Below are positions 28,202-38,663 of a stretch of DNA of 64,000 nucleotides, one piece after another. The stretch is taken from positions 1,460 to 65,459 of the forward strand of contig JARKQC010000227.1 in the NCBI GenBank assembly GCA_029974985.1, read 5' to 3'. This stretch comes from Bacteroidota bacterium (GTDB taxonomy: Bacteria > Bacteroidota > Ignavibacteria > Kapaibacteriales > UBA2268). The notes under the pieces were generated by a model. The model saw only the letters and a list, made by a program, of their open reading frames with translations. It searched no databases and had not been told where the DNA came from. Every line of letters starts with the position of its first letter. The stretch's first letter is position 1. The translations under genes were made by a program, and so were the position numbers.

Positions 28202-31200
28202 ATGCATAGAATAATTATCAAAATATCAATTTTGTTATTCTCTCTATTAATATCTACAATAGATTTATTTTCTGATATTAATGGATTTGAAATAATTAAA
28301 CAAAATAACTCCTCGATAGAACTACGTTACATTTCTTCTTATTTAGGCGATTCACTCTTTAAACAATCTAATAATACGCTTTTATTACCCAAATTTAAAA
28401 ATGCTATTACCGAAAATAGTATTAACAATGTATATCCAAAATTTAGTTCGAGTATAAATATAATCACACCTAACAAAGAAGGATATAAATTAACAATTAA
28501 TTCAATTTCTACTCATAAAATTGATAATTATAATTTAGCTCAAAACCCAAATTATATAAAAGAATTTAATGATAATTCATCTGATTTAATTAATGATTTT
28601 TATAAAATTTCTTATTTAGGAATTTCTCGTAATCAACATATTGCTCAGTTAGTTGTAAATCCAATAAAATATAATCATTTAAATAAAAGTATTATAATTT
28701 ATGATACAATTAATATTAGAATAGATTTTGATTTATCAAAAGTAAATTATTCATCAAAAATTAACACATTCAATTCAATTTCTGCTATAAATTTTGATAT
28801 GGCAAAGAATTGGCTTGCAAATAATAATGATAAAAAAAGTGTAAATAATTCCTTTCAATCCCAAGATAGAACTATTGCGAGTCTATCGAATGGCGAGTGG
28901 GCAAAAATTACTATCGAAGAAGAGGGAATTTATAAATTAGATGCTTCTGATTTACAAAATGCGGGTATTGCCACAAATGCCGTTGCTGCAAAAACAATTA
29001 AGATTTTTGGTAAAGAAGGTAAAGCACTAAGCGAATTAGTAAGCGATGGAAAAAACAATAAACTCGACGAACAGGCTATAATTGTAAATACAAAAATAGA
29101 TGGCTCGATTGAAAATATAATTTTCTACGGTGCCGCAACTATTGGATTTGAAAAAAGAGAAAACACAATAAAGCATTATAAAAACTTTTATAGTGATAAG
29201 AATTATTATTTAATTACTTGGGGTGGCACTGATGGGAAAAGAGCAAAAGCCTTAGAAAATCCTCAAGACGAGATTAAAAATAAACCAAATACTTATATAG
29301 AGAGAGTTTTTTATGATGAAGATATAGTAAATCCATATACACCCGGTGCAGGTCGCGATTGGTTTGGAAGAAGTTTTTTTTCATCACCATTACCACCAAC
29401 TATGCTACACGACCTAGACCGAAATGGAACTATTACATATCGAATCGCTCTTGCACACAAAGCATTAGAAATAGGCACTTTTTCAATATTTGAAAATAGT
29501 AATAAAATAGGTGAATTAAATTTAAACTCTAATTCTAAATATGTACACGCAGAAAGAAGAATTGCTAAAATTTCTATACCCGCATCACAAATAAACTCGG
29601 ATAATCGTAGCATACTAAAATTTAATTATACCAATTCACAAATTTCTGCAATTGGATATTTTGATTTTTACGAACTAAGTTATCCAAGAAGCTTTTTTGC
29701 AATAAATAATTCAATTGGATTTATCGCAGATTCTTCTCTTGATGGAGTAACTGAATTTATTATAAACGGTTTTAATGGTGATATTTATGGTTATGATATT
29801 TCAGATTTAAAAAATCCAAAATTATTGCAAAATAACTCTACAACAGGTGGCATTTATACTTTTATTAGTGATATTAATAAAAATAACTTTAAGCGTTTTT
29901 ATATTTCATCAAATATTCGTAAGCCTAAAATCGAAAGTACAGAAATTTTAGGTTTGCGTGATAAAATTGACGATGCTCCAATTGTTATAATTACACATCC
30001 CGATTTATATAAATCAGCATTAGAATTTAAAAAATATAGACAGCAAACTCTTGGGCAAAAAGTTGAAGTATATTTAACTACAGATATTTATAATGAATAT
30101 GCTTGCGGCGTTCCAGATATTACTGCAATTCGAGATTTCTTAATTGATGCTTATAATAAATGGAATGTTAAGCCAGAATATCTTGTATTATGGGGCGATG
30201 GGCATTACGATTATAAAAATATAGCTACTAAAAAAACGAATTATATACCTGTTTATCAGACTTATGAAGATGATTTAATAACATTTGACGAGATTCACAA
30301 AGCTTATGCTACAGATGATTATTTAGCACTAATTGATGGCGACGATTTGATGGTTGATTTGAATTTCGGCCGACTAACAATAGATAATCCTGATTTAGGA
30401 TTTTGGATATTGGATAAAATTAAGCATTACGAGACTAATTCATCTGATGATGTTTGGAGAACTAAGTTAATTTTTATCGCAGATGACGGACCTGCACAAG
30501 ATGATGATTACGAAGGAGCAAGACATACGGGGCAATCAGAAAATTTACAAGAAAATTTCATAAGTAAAAAGAATCCAGATTTACAATTTGATAAAATATA
30601 TTTAGTTGAATATCCAATAACTTATATAGGCTCGGGAAGACGCAAACCCAGCGTTACCGAAGATATGATTACAAGAATCAATACAAGCGGCGCATTGTTG
30701 TTAAATTGGATAGGACATGGAAATCCTCGAGTATGGGCACACGAGCAAATATTAGAACGCGATATTACTATTCCAAGAATGAGAAATCTTGATAAATTAT
30801 TCTTTTTAACAGCCGCAACTTGTGATTTTGGACGATTTGATGACCCCGAAGTTCGTAGTGGTGCAGAAGAAATGTTTGTTAGTAAAAACGGGGGTGCTAT
30901 AGGCGTATTTTCAGCTACACGAGTAGTCTATTCAGATGAAAATGCAAGATTATCAAATGCTTTTTATGAGCAATTGCTAAGCAGAGACCCCGCTACAATG
31001 AAATTTCCAAGTTTAGGAAAAACAATTAATGCTATTAAACAGAGATTTGTTAGCACAAATGATAGAAAGTATTTTTTGATTGGCGACCCAACTATGACTT
31101 TGTTGATCCCCGATTATAAAATAAAACTAACAAGTATTAATAATACTGAAATTAATAAAGATAATAAACAAATTGAATTAAAAGCATTATCAAAAGTTAA

Positions 31201-32203
31201 AATTAGTGGTGAAATACTTAATCCACTTACAAATATATTAGATGATACTTATAATGGCACAATTGTTGTTACTCTGCGTGATGGTGATTTGCATATTAGT
31301 ATGCAGGAAATATTTCAAAATACACCAAGAAGTTGGTTTAATTTTACAAAATTGGGAGCAAGTCTTAATAAAAGTTCTTATAAGGTTGTAAATGGAAAAT
31401 TTGAAGCTGAATTTATTATTCCTCGCGATATTAGTTTTAGTGACTCGAATAGTAGATTGTTCTTATATTCAGTTTCTAACGATAAAAAATTCGGTTCTGG
31501 TAGCTATCATAATTTGAAGATAAGCGGATTTGATGAAAATCAAGTTATTGATACGATACCACCCGAAATTAATATTTTTATTGATGGAAGGAATTTTAAA
31601 TCTGGCGATTATGTAACATCAAATCCACATTTAATTGTGGACCTTTTCGATGAGTCTGGAATTAATACTACGGGACTCGGAATAGGACACAAAATCGAAG
31701 CTTGGATTGATGATTCGCCAATATCAATAGATTTAACTGAAAAATTTACCTCTTCTTTGTCGGATTCAAGAAGAGGAGTAGTTGAAGATATTTTGTTCGG
31801 ACTATCAAAAGGCGAGCATAAAATTAAAGTAAGAGCATGGGATGTATTTAATAATTTTAATATTTCAGAGATGAAATTTGTAATTCCCGATTCAAAAGAT
31901 GGTTCGATTATTACAGATCTATTTAATTATCCTAATCCATTTAACGATGGTACAAATATTGTATTTCGGCATAATGCAAATCCACCTTTTGATGTTTTTA
32001 TTGATATTTATACAATTAACGGTGTATTAATACGAAATATACAAGATAGAGTAAATACATTACATACTTCTCAAATTTATTTTGATGGTTTAGATAATTT
32101 TAATAATAAAATAGCAAATGGAATTTATTTTTTTACTGTCAAGCTTAATAATGAAAATGCTTCGTCAGTTGGTAGAGGTAAATTAATAATAATTAGAAAT
32201 TAA
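28202..32203 (+). CDS. porU: Type IX secretion system sortase PorU (C25 gingipain-like peptidase)
   Basis: 1333-aa ORF with signal peptide. C25 catalytic His/Cys contexts WIGHGNP and LTAATCDFGRFD. C-terminal Por-type sorting domain (NYPNPFNDGTNIVF..GIYFFTVKL). Followed by porV. Confidence 0.85.
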   Translation: MHRIIIKISILLFSLLISTIDLFSDINGFEIIKQNNSSIELRYISSYLGDSLFKQSNNTLLLPKFKNAITENSINNVYPKFSSSINIITPNKEGYKLTINSISTHKIDNYNLAQNPNYIKEFNDNSSDLINDFYKISYLGISRNQHIAQLVVNPIKYNHLNKSIIIYDTINIRIDFDLSKVNYSSKINTFNSISAINFDMAKNWLANNNDKKSVNNSFQSQDRTIASLSNGEWAKITIEEEGIYKLDASDLQNAGIATNAVAAKTIKIFGKEGKALSELVSDGKNNKLDEQAIIVNTKIDGSIENIIFYGAATIGFEKRENTIKHYKNFYSDKNYYLITWGGTDGKRAKALENPQDEIKNKPNTYIERVFYDEDIVNPYTPGAGRDWFGRSFFSSPLPPTMLHDLDRNGTITYRIALAHKALEIGTFSIFENSNKIGELNLNSNSKYVHAERRIAKISIPASQINSDNRSILKFNYTNSQISAIGYFDFYELSYPRSFFAINNSIGFIADSSLDGVTEFIINGFNGDIYGYDISDLKNPKLLQNNSTTGGIYTFISDINKNNFKRFYISSNIRKPKIESTEILGLRDKIDDAPIVIITHPDLYKSALEFKKYRQQTLGQKVEVYLTTDIYNEYACGVPDITAIRDFLIDAYNKWNVKPEYLVLWGDGHYDYKNIATKKTNYIPVYQTYEDDLITFDEIHKAYATDDYLALIDGDDLMVDLNFGRLTIDNPDLGFWILDKIKHYETNSSDDVWRTKLIFIADDGPAQDDDYEGARHTGQSENLQENFISKKNPDLQFDKIYLVEYPITYIGSGRRKPSVTEDMITRINTSGALLLNWIGHGNPRVWAHEQILERDITIPRMRNLDKLFFLTAATCDFGRFDDPEVRSGAEEMFVSKNGGAIGVFSATRVVYSDENARLSNAFYEQLLSRDPATMKFPSLGKTINAIKQRFVSTNDRKYFLIGDPTMTLLIPDYKIKLTSINNTEINKDNKQIELKALSKVKISGEILNPLTNILDDTYNGTIVVTLRDGDLHISMQEIFQNTPRSWFNFTKLGASLNKSSYKVVNGKFEAEFIIPRDISFSDSNSRLFLYSVSNDKKFGSGSYHNLKISGFDENQVIDTIPPEINIFIDGRNFKSGDYVTSNPHLIVDLFDESGINTTGLGIGHKIEAWIDDSPISIDLTEKFTSSLSDSRRGVVEDILFGLSKGEHKIKVRAWDVFNNFNISEMKFVIPDSKDGSIITDLFNYPNPFNDGTNIVFRHNANPPFDVFIDIYTINGVLIRNIQDRVNTLHTSQIYFDGLDNFNNKIANGIYFFTVKLNNENASSVGRGKLIIIRN

Positions 32204-32249
32204 ATTTTGAAAATAAAAAAAATTATGATGTTCTGGAGGAATTAAGATA

Positions 32250-33353
32250 ATGAAATTTTATCTGAAAGTAGCTTTAATAGCAATATTTATTACAAGTACT
32301 TTTATGTTACCTAACAATGCTATGGCTCAAGCTGGCGGTTCGGCAGTTCCTTTTCTGCTTATTTCGCCTGATGCACGTGCAAGTGGTATGGGTGAAACTG
32401 GTACTGCCATTGCTGATGATATAAATGCAATATATTGGAATCCAGGTGGATTAGCCTTTCTCGATTATTTCCCAGCAGTAGGAAATAGAGAGGAAAACCC
32501 TTATACACAAGTTGCATTATCATTTTCGCCTTGGTTACCACAGTTTAATGCTGATTTATATTATAGCTATGCAACTGTTGGACGCTATTTCGAGGATTTA
32601 GACGGTACTGTAGCATTTAATTTCATATTTATGAATTTAGGCGAATTTACTCGAACAGCCGAAAATGGTCAAGTATTAGGTAAATTTATTTCGAATGAAT
32701 TTTCCGTTGGATTATCTTATGGTACTATCGTTGCACCAGATTTAGGCGTCGGATTTCAATTACGTTATATTCAATCTAATCTTACTCCAACATCTGCACA
32801 AACTGGTGGTGAGGCTGGTGTCGGTATAAGTGCTTCTTTCGATCTTGGTGTATTGTGGAAACCATCGGATATTGATTTTCTTGGTATAAAAGATAAATTA
32901 TCACTTGGATTAAATCTCCAGAATGTTGGTCCAAAAGTTACTTATATTAGAGAATCAGATCCTCTTCCAACAACATTGAGAATTGGAACTGCAATGAATG
33001 TCTATAAAGATGAATTTAACGATTTAAAATTTGCGATTGATTTTTCAAAACTACTTGTTAAAAGAGATGAAAATGGCTCTGATGCCTTGCCATTATCACT
33101 TGTTTCAGCTTGGCAAAATCCTGGTGCAGAATGGGCTTTTGGGGTAGAATATTGGTATGAGCGAGTGCTTGCTTTACGTGCGGGATACTTTACCGAGCCG
33201 GCGGCATTGGGCAACCGCCAATATTGGAATTTTGGAGCAGGTGTTAGATATGATATATTTAGCTTAGATTTTAGCTTTATTAATACAATCGAAGAAAATC
33301 ACCCTCTTGCAAATACAATGAGATTCTCGCTTCTCATTGATTTTGATTCATAA
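32250..33353 (+). CDS. porV: Type IX secretion system outer membrane shuttle protein PorV (LptO)
   Basis: 367-aa ORF with signal peptide. Family-typical N-terminus GGSAVPFLLISPDARASGMGETGTA. Beta-barrel periodicity. porU-porV synteny. Confidence 0.85.
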   Translation: MKFYLKVALIAIFITSTFMLPNNAMAQAGGSAVPFLLISPDARASGMGETGTAIADDINAIYWNPGGLAFLDYFPAVGNREENPYTQVALSFSPWLPQFNADLYYSYATVGRYFEDLDGTVAFNFIFMNLGEFTRTAENGQVLGKFISNEFSVGLSYGTIVAPDLGVGFQLRYIQSNLTPTSAQTGGEAGVGISASFDLGVLWKPSDIDFLGIKDKLSLGLNLQNVGPKVTYIRESDPLPTTLRIGTAMNVYKDEFNDLKFAIDFSKLLVKRDENGSDALPLSLVSAWQNPGAEWAFGVEYWYERVLALRAGYFTEPAALGNRQYWNFGAGVRYDIFSLDFSFINTIEENHPLANTMRFSLLIDFDS

Positions 33354-33376
33354 TAATTATTAAAAAAATATTTTTT

Positions 33377-33409
33377 AAAAAGCTACACCATAAAGTGTGG
33401 CTTTTTTTA
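33377..33409 (+). terminator. Rho-independent terminator after porV
   Basis: AGCTACAC-cataaa-GTGTGGCT stem (one G-U pair) followed by TTTTTTT. Confidence 0.65.
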
Positions 33410-33495
33410 TATCTAAATAAATTATTTAAAAAATATTATCGTAAATATTAAAAAAATAAAGTGAAAAATATAAATTATATTTTTGAGATTAAAAT

Positions 33496-34173
33496 ATGAG
33501 AATATTAATAATTGAGGACGAGGCAAAAATTTCAAACGCATTACAAAGAGCCTTGATTGATAAAATGTATTCAGTAGATATTGCTATAAATGGCGAAGAT
33601 GGTATATTTTATGCTCAAACCAATGATTATGACCTTATTATTCTTGATATTTTATTACCAGATATTAATGGAATGCTTGTGTGCAAAAAGATAAGAAAAT
33701 CAAAAATCACTACACCAATACTTATGCTAACAGCACTCGATTCTGTTGATAATAAAATTAAAGGTCTTGACGAAGGTGCAGATGATTATATCACAAAGCC
33801 ATTTGATTTAGGTGAATTACTTGCACGTGTACGTTCTCTAATAAGACGTAATTCAGACCAAAAGACCTCTATCATAGAAATTGGCGAGCTATTTATGGAT
33901 ACAAGTGAAAGAAAAGTGAGACGATTAGATAAAGAAATAAAATTATCAGCTAAAGAATTTGCTTTACTCGAATATTTCGTTATGCACCAAAATAAAGTAT
34001 TAACTCGTGAAATGATATCTGAACATGTCTGGGATATGAATTTTGATCCTCAATCAAATGTCATTGATTCATTTGTTAGATTTCTTAGACAAAAAATTGA
34101 TAAGGATTTTAAAAAACCATATATACATACATTGAGAAATGTTGGATATAAATTTTCTATTTACGAACTATAA
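33496..34173 (+). CDS. OmpR/PhoB-family response regulator
   Basis: 225-aa ORF. Receiver motifs LIILDILLPDINGM, PILMLTALD, KPF. C-terminal winged helix (LSAKEFALLEYF..VGYKF). Confidence 0.9.
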   Translation: MRILIIEDEAKISNALQRALIDKMYSVDIAINGEDGIFYAQTNDYDLIILDILLPDINGMLVCKKIRKSKITTPILMLTALDSVDNKIKGLDEGADDYITKPFDLGELLARVRSLIRRNSDQKTSIIEIGELFMDTSERKVRRLDKEIKLSAKEFALLEYFVMHQNKVLTREMISEHVWDMNFDPQSNVIDSFVRFLRQKIDKDFKKPYIHTLRNVGYKFSIYEL

Positions 34174-34176
34174 AAA

Positions 34177-35553
34177 ATGCTTAAAATTTCTACTAAAATA
34201 TCATTACTATATTTAGCAACAACTGCCGCAATAATCATTTTAATGGCAATATCAATGTATAATGTGTATTATTCTCAAAGATTACAATCTATAGATACAG
34301 AATTACAAGATTATGCCAATTTTTTATCATCAAATATAGAACTTGAAAATAGTAATATTTCGTTTGTTTTTCAAGCTATGAGTGATAAAAAGGGCTTAAA
34401 TAAAGAAGAATTTAATAATAATTTTATGTTTGTTTTAACTGATAATGATTCGATAATTTATGAATCAAATGATTTAATAAAATTGGATTCTTTAATAAAA
34501 TTATTTATTGATGATGAATTATTTTATAAAAAACATAAATTTGATTATATAGAATATGAAGAAAACACATATAGAATTTTTAAAAAATATGTAGATTTGA
34601 AAAAAGATAATGATTTACAAATAGTAATGATAGCTTCGCTTAAAAGATTTGATGAATCATTATTATTATTAAAATATATTCTTTTTATTATATGCCCGGG
34701 ATTTTTATTAATAGCGGCAATTATTGCTTCGATTATTGCTAAAAAATCATTTGCACCAGTATTACAAATTACAAAAGCCGCAGAATTAATAAGTGCTCAA
34801 AATTTAGATAAAAGAGTTCCAGTTGGAAATGCAAATGATGAAATAACATATTTAGCACATACTTTCAATGAAATGATTGATAGATTAGATAAAAATTTTA
34901 AAAGCCAAAAGCAATTCATTACCGATGCCTCGCACGACTTTCGCACACCTTTAACTGTAATGCGATTAGAATTTGAATTATTACTAAGTGAAAGTAATTT
35001 AGATGATAAATTCAGAGAATTTTTAGAAAAAAATTTAATGGAATTAAAAAGTTTAAGTAACCTTGCTGATAATTTATTAATACTTGCACGTGCAGACTCA
35101 AATCAATTAATATTAGATAAAGAATATTTCAGAATAGATGAACTAATTTTTTATGTAGTTTCCTATTATAAAAATCTGGCGGCACAAAAAGGAGTTACTT
35201 TCTTAATAGAATTAAATGAGGATTACGAAATCTATGCTGATAAAGAAATGATGAAAAGAGTAGTAAATAATCTTATTGATAATGCAGTCAAATATTCGAT
35301 TAATGATTCTCAAATCGAGATAATACTTACAAATATTAATAATAAAATTTGTTTAGAAATTTCTAATTTTTGTTTAAAATTTGATAATAGTGAAATAAAT
35401 ATATTCGATAGATTTTATCGCCAGCAAAATTCAAGAACTGTTGATGGATTTGGTTTGGGCTTGCCAATAGTTAAAACGATTCTCGATACACACAATTTTG
35501 AAATTGATTATGATTTTAAAATAAATATTTTTAAAATTTTAATAAAAATATAA
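34177..35553 (+). CDS. Sensor histidine kinase (two TM segments, HAMP, HisKA, HATPase)
   Basis: 458-aa ORF. H-box DASHDFRTPLT, N-box NLIDNAVKYS, G-box GFGLGLPIVK. Starts 4 nt after the response regulator stop. Confidence 0.9.
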   Translation: MLKISTKISLLYLATTAAIIILMAISMYNVYYSQRLQSIDTELQDYANFLSSNIELENSNISFVFQAMSDKKGLNKEEFNNNFMFVLTDNDSIIYESNDLIKLDSLIKLFIDDELFYKKHKFDYIEYEENTYRIFKKYVDLKKDNDLQIVMIASLKRFDESLLLLKYILFIICPGFLLIAAIIASIIAKKSFAPVLQITKAAELISAQNLDKRVPVGNANDEITYLAHTFNEMIDRLDKNFKSQKQFITDASHDFRTPLTVMRLEFELLLSESNLDDKFREFLEKNLMELKSLSNLADNLLILARADSNQLILDKEYFRIDELIFYVVSYYKNLAAQKGVTFLIELNEDYEIYADKEMMKRVVNNLIDNAVKYSINDSQIEIILTNINNKICLEISNFCLKFDNSEINIFDRFYRQQNSRTVDGFGLGLPIVKTILDTHNFEIDYDFKINIFKILIKI

Positions 35554-35658
35554 TTTTTTTTATTAGTGCTTATTCCTTTCATCTTATTTTCATTTTCATG
35601 TACTACTTTTGAATCGTATTAATTATACAATTTGTTCAAATATTTAATGGATTTTGTT

Positions 35659-35913
35659 ATGAAAAAGGTATTAGTATCAAGCCTCGTAATTTGCAGTTTT
35701 CTTGCTGTAAATTTATTTGCTCAACCAGCAGTTAAAAACAATACAACACCAGCAGCGCACCCTGCAAAGCCTGCTCCAACAGCAACAACTCAACCTGCTG
35801 GAAAGATGGAAGCCAAAACTGAAATTAAAACAAACGAAAATATTAAAAAAGAAGCTGTTGTTAAAAAAGCTAAAACACACAAAAAACATATAGAAGAAAA
35901 AACTAACAAATAA
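35659..35913 (+). CDS. Small secreted Pro/Ala/Thr- and Lys-rich protein
   Basis: The ORF track starts at TTG 35632. The ATG at 35659 gives a clean signal peptide MKKVLVSSLVICSFLAVNLFAQP. Terminator hairpin follows. Confidence 0.45.
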   Translation: MKKVLVSSLVICSFLAVNLFAQPAVKNNTTPAAHPAKPAPTATTQPAGKMEAKTEIKTNENIKKEAVVKKAKTHKKHIEEKTNK

Positions 35914-35937
35914 TTTATCGTTTGTTTAGAGAATTTA

Positions 35938-35968
35938 AAGAGGCAATGATTTATTTATTGTCTCTTTT
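35938..35968 (+). terminator. Hairpin plus T-run after the small secreted protein
   Basis: AAGAGGCAAT...ATTGTCTCTT stem (one G-U pair) followed by TTTAT. Confidence 0.5.
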
Positions 35969-36213
35969 ATTATTTTTACTATAAAAATTTATATCAAAAT
36001 AGTAACATATATAAATAATATTACAAATTTTATATTATTAGCATTTATTTATAATTTTTATGTTGGTAAATTTTATTTTTTTATTTAATTTTGATATTAA
36101 AATAAAACATAAATATAAATTTATCGTTTAGGTTTTGCATCAAATTATAATTTTTTAAAATTGTGCAAAAAATTAATTCGATTATTTCGTATGGTTTACA
36201 TAAATTAATAGGT

Positions 36214-37497
36214 ATGATAATGTCCAAATTGCATCAAAAATTAGCTGATATTTTGCCTCCTCAAATTGAAAACATTAAAGCAATGTTAAACGAACACGGC
36301 GATAAAGTTGTTTCCGAAGTAACTTTAAAGCAGGTATATGGCGGTATGAGAGCTGTAAAAGGGCTTGTATGTGATACTTCCGAAGTTCCACCCGACAAAG
36401 GTTTAATAATTAGAGGTATTGAATTAAAAAATTTATGGGGTAAATTGCCCGAAGAAATTTTATGGCTTTTACTTGTTGGAGAATTACCATCAGAAGAAGA
36501 ATTAAAAGATTTACAACGCGAACTTAATTTACGATCCGAAGTTCCTACGTATGTATGGGACGTAATTAATAATATGCCACAAGATTCACATCCAATGACT
36601 ATGTTTAATACTGCTATTTTAGTCTTGCAAAATGAATCAGTATTTACAAAAAAATACAATATGGGTATGCCCAAAAATGAATATTGGGAAGCTACTTTGG
36701 ACGATTTATTAAATATCGTTGCAAAATTACCCGCTATTGCCGCTTATGTGTATCGTCGTAGGTTTAATAAAGGCGAAAGAATCAATCCAGACCCTAATAA
36801 AGATTGGTCTGCAAATTACGTTCAAATGCTTGGCTTGCCCGATCCTAATGGTGATTTCTCTAAATTAATGAGATTATATCTTACTTTACATAGCGACCAC
36901 GAAGGCGGAAATGCAAGTGCGTTTACATCAACAGTTGTTAATTCTACCTTGTCTGATTTATATTATTCTTTATCTGCGGGATTAAATGCTTTGGCTGGAC
37001 CTTTGCACGGTTTAGCAAATCAAGAATGTTTAGGTTGGATATTAGATACAATGGAATTATTCGACGGCTCACCTACACACGAAGAACTCGAAAAATTTGC
37101 TTGGGATACACTTAATTCTGGTAGGGTAATTCCTGGCTACGGACACGCAGTTTTAAGAATTACCGACCCAAGATTTGATGCATTTTTATCTTTTGGTAAG
37201 AAATATATGCCCGACGACCCTGTATTTCAGACTGTGGCAAAAGTATTTGAAGTTGTTCCAAATGTTTTAAGGCAAGTTAAAAAAATTAGTGATCCGTGGC
37301 CCAATGTTGATGCAGGCTCTGGTGCTTTATTATATCACTTTGGTTTGACAGAATTTAGCTACTATACTGTATTGTTTAGTGTCTCGAGAGCGCTTGGTAT
37401 CGGGGCGCAAGCTGTAATTTCGCGTGCTTATGGATTGCCTATTACAAGACCAAAATCACTGCCTACGAATAAATTTGCTAAAATGGTAAATTCATAA
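36214..37497 (+). CDS. gltA: Citrate synthase (eukaryote-like type)
   Basis: Motifs HSDHEGGNASAF and GYGHAVLRITDPRF. The track ORF begins at GTG 36163. Alignment-like logic (LHQKLADILP at the mature N-terminus) favours ATG 36214 or 36220. Confidence 0.9.
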   Translation: MIMSKLHQKLADILPPQIENIKAMLNEHGDKVVSEVTLKQVYGGMRAVKGLVCDTSEVPPDKGLIIRGIELKNLWGKLPEEILWLLLVGELPSEEELKDLQRELNLRSEVPTYVWDVINNMPQDSHPMTMFNTAILVLQNESVFTKKYNMGMPKNEYWEATLDDLLNIVAKLPAIAAYVYRRRFNKGERINPDPNKDWSANYVQMLGLPDPNGDFSKLMRLYLTLHSDHEGGNASAFTSTVVNSTLSDLYYSLSAGLNALAGPLHGLANQECLGWILDTMELFDGSPTHEELEKFAWDTLNSGRVIPGYGHAVLRITDPRFDAFLSFGKKYMPDDPVFQTVAKVFEVVPNVLRQVKKISDPWPNVDAGSGALLYHFGLTEFSYYTVLFSVSRALGIGAQAVISRAYGLPITRPKSLPTNKFAKMVNS

Positions 37498-37520
37498 TTT
37501 ATATTCCAATTTTTTTATTT

Positions 37521-37559
37521 AAAATGGACTTTTTTAAATTTAGAAAAGTCCATTTTTTT
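37521..37559 (+). terminator. Rho-independent terminator after citrate synthase
   Basis: AAAATGGACTTTT...AAAAGTCCATTTT 13-bp stem followed by a T-run. Confidence 0.7.
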
Positions 37560-37801
37560 ATTAAACTGCCTACTTTTGATAAAAATAATAAGTAATCTCA
37601 CCTTGCCTCTACTTTGGGAGACCGTCATTCTATTCTAAGTAAAAAAAATTATTTTTAAATATAATCTGAAAATATTAAAATAATATTTGCAAATGACTAT
37701 AAAAGTTATTATACTTGTGAAAATGTATTTACAGAATTTTTTTTAGAATAATTTGCCTGTAATAAATAGGAAATTTATAAATAATTTCAAGGAAAAATAC
37801 T

Positions 37802-38554
37802 ATGAAAAAGTATCTCAAATTTTGCAGAATCGCAGTATATAATTTATTATTACCAATTATTTTGGTAGTATATTTTATTGTGCAGAATAGTCCACAAATA
37901 TTAGCCGACATACCCGTAGATGAAAAACTTATTCAGATTGAGAATTTTGATATAGTAAATGGTCCAAATTTGAAAATGACAGATACTATATATGTAGTTA
38001 CAAAATTTCGTGCTAAAATGAATTGTAATGTGTCTTTTTGGATTCCAGTACAATATGGACTAAGCTTGCCCGAAGATACAATTACAAATTTCTCATATAC
38101 TAATGTGTTAAATGTTGGAAATGATGAGTTAGTTGAGCATAAAGTGGCATTTGTTATTCGTGATACAACTGTGTCTTGCTTAATGGTGTCTGTACGTATT
38201 AAGGGGTATGAATTTGGGCCGCCAATTGGATATTCCATTCACGATGAGTCTGGATATCGCTGTTTGACTTCTATTAAGTATTATAAGGACACGACAGTTT
38301 CTGTATGGAAAATAAAAGAAAACCCTATTGATTTTTCCATCTATCCCAATCCCGCATCGAATTTCATCAAGATTTCTATAGAAAATGAGGCAGGTTTGCT
38401 CCCTCGCGAGGTACAGATACTTGATTTATTAGGTCTTGTTGTTACAAAATTAGAGCTTAACGACGGCAATAATAGAATAGATATTTCCAATTTACCAAGA
38501 GGCACTTATTTTATAAAAGTAGGCGATAAAGTGGAGAAATTTGTGAAGATGTAG
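37802..38554 (+). CDS. T9SS C-terminal target domain-containing protein (unknown N-terminal domain)
   Basis: 250-aa ORF. C-terminal Por tail IYPNPASNFIKISI...LPRGTYFIKVGDKVEKFVKM. Confidence 0.7.
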   Translation: MKKYLKFCRIAVYNLLLPIILVVYFIVQNSPQILADIPVDEKLIQIENFDIVNGPNLKMTDTIYVVTKFRAKMNCNVSFWIPVQYGLSLPEDTITNFSYTNVLNVGNDELVEHKVAFVIRDTTVSCLMVSVRIKGYEFGPPIGYSIHDESGYRCLTSIKYYKDTTVSVWKIKENPIDFSIYPNPASNFIKISIENEAGLLPREVQILDLLGLVVTKLELNDGNNRIDISNLPRGTYFIKVGDKVEKFVKM

Positions 38555-38566
38555 TGTTTTGTTTAA

Positions 38567-38597
38567 GTTGTCCTACACTTTTAAAGTGTAGGACAAC
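38567..38597. repeat. Palindromic module A, perfect: GTTGTCCTACACTT-tta-AAGTGTAGGACAAC
   Basis: 14-bp perfect stem with a 3-nt loop. Followed by the linker TAGAAAAACTGAG, as in the 14559 copy. Confidence 0.8.
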
Positions 38598-38610
38598 TAG
38601 AAAAACTGAG

Positions 38611-38625
38611 ACAATGGGGTAACCA
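38611..38625. repeat. Module B half-copy (ACAATGGGGTAACC)
   Basis: The left arm caatgggg matches module B. The right arm is missing, but the position after the conserved linker is the same as at 14603. Confidence 0.4.
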
Positions 38626-38663
38626 AATTGCTATCAATTGATATTTAATGGTGAAGCTTATAA

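Noticed and set aside
35632-35658. TTG start at 35632 for the small secreted protein (and GTG 36163 for citrate synthase)
   Set aside because: Downstream ATGs give a canonical signal peptide (35659) and an N-terminus matching the conserved citrate synthase start (36214). The upstream extensions add non-conserved residues.
36261-36674. 137-aa minus-strand ORF inside citrate synthase, and similar antisense ORFs (8290-8619, 17314-17685, 18185-18559, 44393-44734, 49288-49623, 55816-56163)
   Set aside because: All are fully embedded antisense to well-supported conserved genes and have no recognisable motifs. I treat them as shadow ORFs.
37580-37640. Segment atctcaccttgcctctactttgggagaccgtcattct as another member of the repeat family
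   Set aside because: Only short word matches (gtcattct, tcacc) to modules E and C flanks, and no convincing stem. The evidence is insufficient without a genome-wide alignment.
38567-38597. GTTGTCC...GGACAAC hairpin as an integron attC site
   Set aside because: The arms do not fit the RYYYAAC/GTTRRRY core consensus or its orientation. There are no extrahelical-base features and no intI integrase or cassette-like ORFs nearby.
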